A stretch of 64,000 nt of DNA from Eledone cirrhosa (taxonomy: Eukaryota). Below the pieces are notes generated by a model, which saw only the letters and a list, made by a program, of their open reading frames with translations, ran no database searches and had not been told where the DNA came from. The first letter of the stretch is position 1. Every line of letters begins with the position of its first letter. The translations under genes were made by a program, and so were the position numbers. Location: contig OZ024742.1 of the NCBI GenBank assembly GCA_964016885.1, forward strand, positions 336,598,001 through 336,662,000, given 5' to 3'. Shown here piece after piece: positions 56,801-64,000 of this stretch.

Positions 56801-57584
56801 ATATATATATATAACTTTAGCTTTGATAACTTTGATAGGTTTCGGCCAGTATTGGCCCAGGCCATGTCTAACTTAATAGCTCCACCATCAAGTTTAATAT
56901 AGAAATGGCTTCTACAGGACTAAAACTATTTCATTCATAAGAAATCATCAGGGTGCTAACTAATTGTATTGTGTGGAAAATTGGCTGTATCATTTCATAT
57001 GAGATATATCAAATATATCTCTTACCAGACGGACGTCTCGTTTCATTATAAGATTTCTACAAGTTCGGTGAAATTATACCAATTTATGTAGAAGCTTGTA
57101 TAAGATCAACAGGTACTTATTCAAGTGGGCCCTTATAATTATTCAGTGGCTGCCCAATTATAATTTATTTGGCAATCAATGTTTATCATCGATATATATA
57201 TATATATATAACAATGATATTAATAAATGGAAACTATATTTATAAAACCATATTTATTCTATTATATACGCCCTCATCAGATAAAATACAAAGTTTGTTT
57301 TATAAATATTGACATATCAAGGAAGGAGATCTTAACGGTTCAAGTTTTTCCTGGATAGTAAAAGGAAAGAGGGGGAAAGAGAGGAAAAGTTGAATTTCTC
57401 AGATTATTAAGATGAATATGCAAATGAGGTTGAGGTATAGGGCTGAAAAAAAAACGTTATTTTTAGACGCTAGTTAGATTTAAATATGTATTAGGATATA
57501 TATATATGTATGTGTAGGAAGAAAGAAAACAAGAAAGAAAAGCTGGTATTTACGTGAATTTAAAAAGAAAATATCCCTTTTGCT

Positions 57585-57616
<32 letters not shown>

Positions 57617-57631
57617 CATGAGAAGAAAGAA

Positions 57632-57710
<79 letters not shown>

Positions 57711-58207
57711 GTGTGTGTAATAAACAAGTTCAAATGTGTTGATAATACAACAGTATAAAGGCTAAGAAAATTTCAAGCTCAATATGATTTTATAGCCCAG
57801 AGCCAAAAGTTTAATCTAATGGGTAAAATTCCAAATACAGTATTGTTATAATTTCACAGAACATATATATATATATTATTATTACCTTGTAAGTAAAGAT
57901 ATGAAGAAAATATGCTATAACAGACCGTTGGGTCAGGTTCACTTCAAAATATTTTTTAAATAATTAAAATATACACAGACATGTATATAATGTGAAATAA
58001 AACTGGAAGGCCCATATATATATACGGGTGTGTATGAATATATATATAAAAATGTGTGTGTGTATACATATATATGTATATACACATGTATGTGTATATA
58101 TATATGTGGGTGTCTGTGATTTATATACACTGGTCATAGACACACATATGCACACACATATATATATACACACACACTCACATACATATATACACAACAA
58201 CACCACC

Positions 58208-58257
<50 letters not shown>

Positions 58258-58261
58258 ATGA

Positions 58262-59754
58262 AGGTACTCGGAAAAACCCCAAGAAAGACCAGCAAGAGGC
58301 AGACCACCTACCATTACCTCAATGGCCAAGAAAACCCATACAGATAGATGGAACGGGTGGACCAGAGCCATACGGACACCCGAAAACCACGATGAACTGA
58401 AGAAAATGATTGCACATGCGGTAGGGGCCAGTATAAAACTAACCCTTAAGGAACATATGTTCAAATTTAATGGAAAAACATATGCCCAAGAGGAAGGAGC
58501 AGCCATTGGTGTTAGCATTGCAGGCGACATAGCTAACTTATTCATGGTATGGTGGGACAGTAGACTTAAACTTAAACTTAAAGAACAATTAGAAGACCCC
58601 TTAACCCTGATAATGTACTCCCGCTACGTTGATGATATAAACAACGTAGTTAAGACACCCCCACTAGAGAACAGTCAGGAACTAGAGAAAAACACAATGG
58701 AAAGCATCCAGCAAATAGCTAACTCCATCCACCAGAGTATTAGAGTTACTATAGACTACCAAAGTAAACACCCCAACCATCGATTACCTGTACTAGACGC
58801 AGAGCTCTGGTTAGATACCATTAATAACAAAAAACAAATCCTCCATTCCCATTATGCCAAACCCATGACTTCCAAACATCTGATCCACCGAAACTCGGCT
58901 GTTTCGGACCATACCAAAATCAACATACTGATTGCGGATTTGGTACGGGTGATGAGAAACGTGTCCCGCATGTGCAACCCTGAAGAACTAAAGAGACACA
59001 TACAACACTTCATCCACCGTATGCAGTTCTCTGGTTACAATCAGAGAGATAAAATCAGAGTGTATAGAGGAGCCAGAACCAAATGGGAAAAAATGGTAAA
59101 TAATGACACAAATGGGACCTGCCCCTTGTATAGGAGCAAATTTTGGAATAGAATAGAAAGAACTAGGAATAAGGCTAATAGAATAAACTCATGGTATGAT
59201 AGCAATAAATACCAGAGTGTAATGTTCATCGATACAACCCCTAGAGGTGAATTAGCTTACAAATTTAGAAGGGCCCTAGATAAACATAAACTTAATATTA
59301 AGATAGTAGAAAGACCAGGTACCTCCGTAAAAACACTTATTAGCAAGACATACCCTTTTCAAAGACCCCCTGTATAGATAAGAAATGTATAACCTGTAAA
59401 ATAAGCCCCCATATTAACTGTAAAACTAGAAATGTAGTGTATAGCATAAGATGTACTGAAGGACAATGTAGAGACAAAAATATAGTGTACATAGGTGAGA
59501 CAGCTCGTAGTATAGGGGAACGGATAAATGAACACTGGCGAGACCTTCAAGATAGTAAAGAATCATCTGTACTCTACCAACATGCTAAAATAGAACATAA
59601 GGGTAAATTAGAGAACATAGAAATAAAAATAGAATCTACACACAGAAAATACGCAATGTTTAGACAAATCACAGAGGCAATAAACATAAAAGAATTACAA
59701 CCAAAATTAAATAGAAAATATGAGTGGAACAGCAACATCACAACTTACAATTAA
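58262..59754 (+). pseudogene. PLE RT + Cys linker + GIY-YIG endonuclease, frameshift near 59365
   Basis: FKFNGKTYAQEEGAAIG, YSRYVDD, LPVLDAEL, HYAKP; alternate frame CIDKKCITCK...CKTRNVVYSIRC...YIGETARSIGERINEH...EAINI..LQPKLN. Confidence 0.9.
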
Positions 59755-59965
59755 GGACAAAATGAAAACACACACACACATAGAACAAACAACCAACCAG
59801 TAACATGTAAATAAACAAATAAATAAATGAACATAAACACACACAGACACCCGGATGTGGCGCATGCGCAGACTGAGCACACAACACACACACAGAAACA
59901 AAATGGCGTAGGACAGAACAAAGGAGAGGCACAAAAACAAAGAAAAGAATCCCCAGTCACTGAAG
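58262..59965 (+). mobile_element. Penelope-like retroelement, second lineage, truncated at both ends
   Basis: RT-GIY-YIG ORF followed by a 3' UTR that stops at cagtca CTGAAGAG, the start of its HHR. Confidence 0.88.
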
Positions 59966-60279
59966 AGTACTAAATTTCGTAAATATAAATAATTTAAAAT
60001 TGACTTCTTTTCAAAGTTTCAAATTTCTACACTTCCGGTATATCGTCGGTACCACTACCACTTCAACTACCATATATATATATATATATAGAAAGAGAGA
60101 GTTTGTGATGAGAGAGATAGAGTGATTATGATTTTCTACACGCTGACGTGTATGATTGTGCACATACATACATCTATATATATATATATGTATATAACTA
60201 TTATGAGTATATAACTATAATCGCGCAAACTCAAACTTATAAAAATACACGCTCACGGACATACAATCAGATAAATGCA

Positions 60280-61337
60280 CATACTTTCACACATATACAT
60301 TTACACAAACACACATTCACACATACAGTCATGATAGCGTTCGGTGAATTGGAAATGGGAGGGTAAAACAAGTATAACGTTTTATTCATTTATTAACAAC
60401 ACAGTTTAACTCTTTTTTTTTTAAACTCAGGTGTATAAAAATTTAATATAATGATTACATAACGAAAACACAAACAAATATAATTAATATATACAAAGGA
60501 AAGGAAAATGAAGAAAAAGAAAGAGAAAAAATGCAGAAGCACATCTAAGACCACATAGGCTGGATAATGTAGTTAGCTAACAGAACACGATATTTTAGGA
60601 TGTTGTTCCGTTCAGCTGCGGATGTTGTAGCTCTCACCCTTACCGCTGCATCCAGGATGTGGGAAGAAGCAAAAGAGTCACACAAATACACATACTTCCA
60701 CACAAACGCATACATTCACACAAACACACATTCACACATATACATTTACACAAACACCCACATACAGTTATACAGTCATGATAGCGTTCGGTGAATTGGA
60801 AATGGGAGGGTAAAAGTACAACTTTTTATTTATTTATTAACAACACAGTTTAACTCTCTTTTTTTTTTAAAACTCATTTGTATAAAAATTGAATATAATG
60901 ATTACAGAACGAAAACACTAACAAATATAATATATACAAAGGAAAGGGAAAGGAAAAAAATAAAGAGAAACAATACAGAATCACGTAATACCCATATCTT
61001 AGACCACACAGAACAATATGCAGGCGAAAGAATGGAAAAACGAGAAGCTACCAGAGCAAAAGATAGCAATATAGCGAGAAGCACTGGGAAACCTCTCTAA
61101 TAATTTTTGAGGCAAGCGCAGCGCGCTCGCAGCGTTACCTGGGGTAATGGCGAGGCTAAGGTGCTGGAACAAGCAAGTGCACTCACGAGCATCACCAGTT
61201 ACCTCTGTTTGGCGAGCTGTCAGTGAATATAAGAACCTCGCTGTCAGTAGCCCGACTCCCCCAAACGTCTCGAACGCCACAGGCTGGATAATGTAGTTAG
61301 CTGACAGAATACGGTATTTTAGGATTTTGCTCCGTTC
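60280..61337. repeat. Local tandem duplication (~60280-60613 and ~60730-61337); the second copy carries an insertion
   Basis: acagtcatgatagcgttcggtgaattggaaatgggagggtaaaa and aggctggataatgtagttagct each occur twice. Confidence 0.85.
61008..61277 (-). mobile_element. CRE-clade LINE 3' fragment
   Basis: VAFETFGGVG...LFQHLSLAITPGNAAS, homologous to the 37125 element; absent from the first duplicate copy. Confidence 0.7.
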
Positions 61338-61424
61338 GTGTGTGTGTCACTGTTTTTAAGTTAGAGACATATATGTGTGTATCCCTTTCTTTCCTTTTAC
61401 ACACACATACATTCACACAAACAC

Positions 61425-62125
61425 ACATACATATTGTGTGATGGACGGGTGGACAGAAGTCCCTCAAATGTATATACATGTGAATGGAGTTCTACTGAAG
61501 CAGTTAGAGAAGTTCAAGTATCGTGGAGCCATGTTCATGAGTGATGGTATGCAGGAGGCTGAATTAAGTGCAATAATTGCAAAAGCTGATGCAGTAATGC
61601 GCCAGCCTCATCATTCAGCAATCAGAAGAAGGGGGTAGGTGTAAAAGCCAAACTCGCTGGTATTCCTGGTATTCCTGCGAACTCTTACCGAGGATTATGA
61701 ATCTTGAGTAATGACCAAAAGAATACAATTGCAAATAAAAGCGGCAGAAATGGGATTCCTCCGAAGGGTCTTTGGAGTAATGTTACTCGATAAAGTGCAT
61801 AACTCAGAGACCAGAGAGTCACTCCTGGTAGAGCCGCTACTTCTCCGAATTGAGAGATCACAACTCCGATATTATGAACATGTGGTTAGAATGTCTCAGT
61901 AAAGAATCGCTAGACACATTTTACAGGCAAAATCAACCATCAAGAGACCCAGAGGTAGACCCTGAGCAAGATAGTTGGATAACATCCATGAGCTTGGCTG
62001 GTCACGGTTTGGGATCCAGCTGGATCAGTTAGAGATGTTTGCTTCTGACAGACTCGCTGGAAGGAGTGTTTGAGAAGGACTCTGCCCCCACGACCCTCTC
62101 GGAAATAAGTGGGCGAAGAAGATAT
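61425..62125 (+). mobile_element. RTE-clade LINE 3' fragment
   Basis: LKQLEKFKY.G, AAEMGFLRRVFG..LLDKV.N, IERSQLRYY.HV.RM, RPRGRP. Confidence 0.85.
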
Positions 62126-62674
62126 TGTCAATTTACTTTTCAATTTACATATATATATTTGTGTATAATACCAATATGTACACTACATATGCTAGCAGAA
62201 AACCGCCCGAGGGTGGTTTTTCTGCTAGTATTAATAATGCCACCTGGGATGCCATCACTAACGATCTATTACATGTTGATTGGTCTTTCACACAAGCACA
62301 CACCTCCACGAACATCAAAACATCCTGGCAGATATTTGTAGACACTGTTACAATCATATGTGCAAAACCCTATCAAGACCGTGAACAAAACTAAGTGCAG
62401 AATCCCTGAAACAGAAAAAACTATTGGCACCTTTGGTTAATGAAAAGGACAATATCCAAGACAATGCTTAACCATAGGTGAGATACAGCATGATGCGGAA
62501 AATATTCCATCATCATTGCCCAAATGATGTTGGCATTATTTCACCTCAACTAGTCCCACTCTCTTTAACATCACACAAAAACACATAAACCTATCAAGTT
62601 ATTAAAGTTACATATAAATACATATAATTGGCAGTATGATACACGCACACACACACACACGCACAAACACACAC

Positions 62675-62705
<31 letters not shown>

Positions 62706-62734
62706 TATATGTATATATGTGTGTGTGTGTGTGT

Positions 62735-63240
62735 GTATTTGGAGGATCATACTGCCAATTAAAACATAAGCACCAATTGATTTTATTAGCCAGGTAACTA
62801 ATCCTTTTTATTTACCAACACTCTTTCATCACAACTTCTGTGACCTTCTCAAGGACAATTTTCCCCTCTGTGAGTCCATCCTTTTCATCTTCATTTTGTC
62901 ATATTATCTCTAATTATTTTTCTTTGGTGTCAGATAATCGTTGTGCGCTCACAGAATTTGTGACGAAAGAGCTTTGACAAATAAATAACTATCTGAGGTA
63001 TTGATTAGTAATCTCATTATTAATGAATTCTAATTTAAGCACAAAGCCAGCAATTATTAATCCTTTGGTCGACGCTTTTACAACTCTGTTAATTCAGGGC
63101 CCTTATTAACTGACAATAAAACCGAAGTGGAACTCAGATTGGGTGCGTGTGTGTTTTATTGCCAACATCACCTTTCCACCCAAACAATATCAGTTTCAAC
63201 ACATTATTTAAGATCGTACAAAGCACATACAAAAACGGTA
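62735..63240. mobile_element. Old fold-back copy of the 58262 PLE pLTR family
   Basis: gtgacgaaagagctttgacaa and ggtgcgtgtg...ttattg.caacat match the family; inverted pieces at 62735-62850. Confidence 0.55.
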
Positions 63241-63257
63241 TATATACACATATACAT

Positions 63258-63795
<538 letters not shown>

Positions 63796-63868
63796 GTGTG
63801 TGTATATATGTCTGTATATGTATATGTATATATATATCTGTATATATATATGTATATATATATATATG

Positions 63869-63965
<97 letters not shown>

Positions 63966-64000
63966 AGGAGGTGAGTTTTATTGTAGTACAATAAAGCAAT

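Noticed and set aside
57268-57290. Minus-strand CTGATGAG, possibly partnered with ggccGAAAC near 56845
   Set aside because: The halves are over 400 nt apart and give no valid stem III or NUH site.
58262-59754. Selenocysteine (UGA) read-through as described for some Naiad-type PLEs
   Set aside because: The break is a frameshift ending at TAG and the endonuclease is C-terminal; the 17713 element's internal stop is also TAG.

Overview
AT-rich, microsatellite-saturated eukaryotic DNA with no recognisable host exon. The SINE repertoire (Meta-domain and CORE-domain tRNA SINEs) resembles an octopus/cephalopod genome; this is inference. Nearly all long ORFs in the track are (TA)n/(CA)n artefacts. 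The real coding remnants are all retroelements: a near full-length degenerate L1/Tx1 LINE (9705-15436), two Penelope-like elements (PLE, RT + C-terminal GIY-YIG; 17040-20691 and 58262-59965), a third PLE C-terminus (529-790), and RTE, CRE and CR1/L2-type fragments. There is also a hAT MITE, a Tc1/mariner MITE and a non-autonomous Helitron. The main hidden signal is invisible in the ORF track: many islands between (TA)n tracts are short non-coding, usually fold-back (5'-inverted) elements carrying type I hammerhead ribozyme (HHR) motifs. By eye there are roughly 25-30 motif copies in about 18 unrelated sequence families, many of them decayed. Highlights are a head-to-tail 3 x 591 bp retrozyme-like array whose HHR has a compensatory U3-A8 core pair, several families with a non-canonical U.U or A.A first pair of stem II, palindromic loop-3 sequences, breakpoints clustered at the ribozyme, and a triple-nested palindrome. 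All folds were done by eye and no ribozyme activity is demonstrated.
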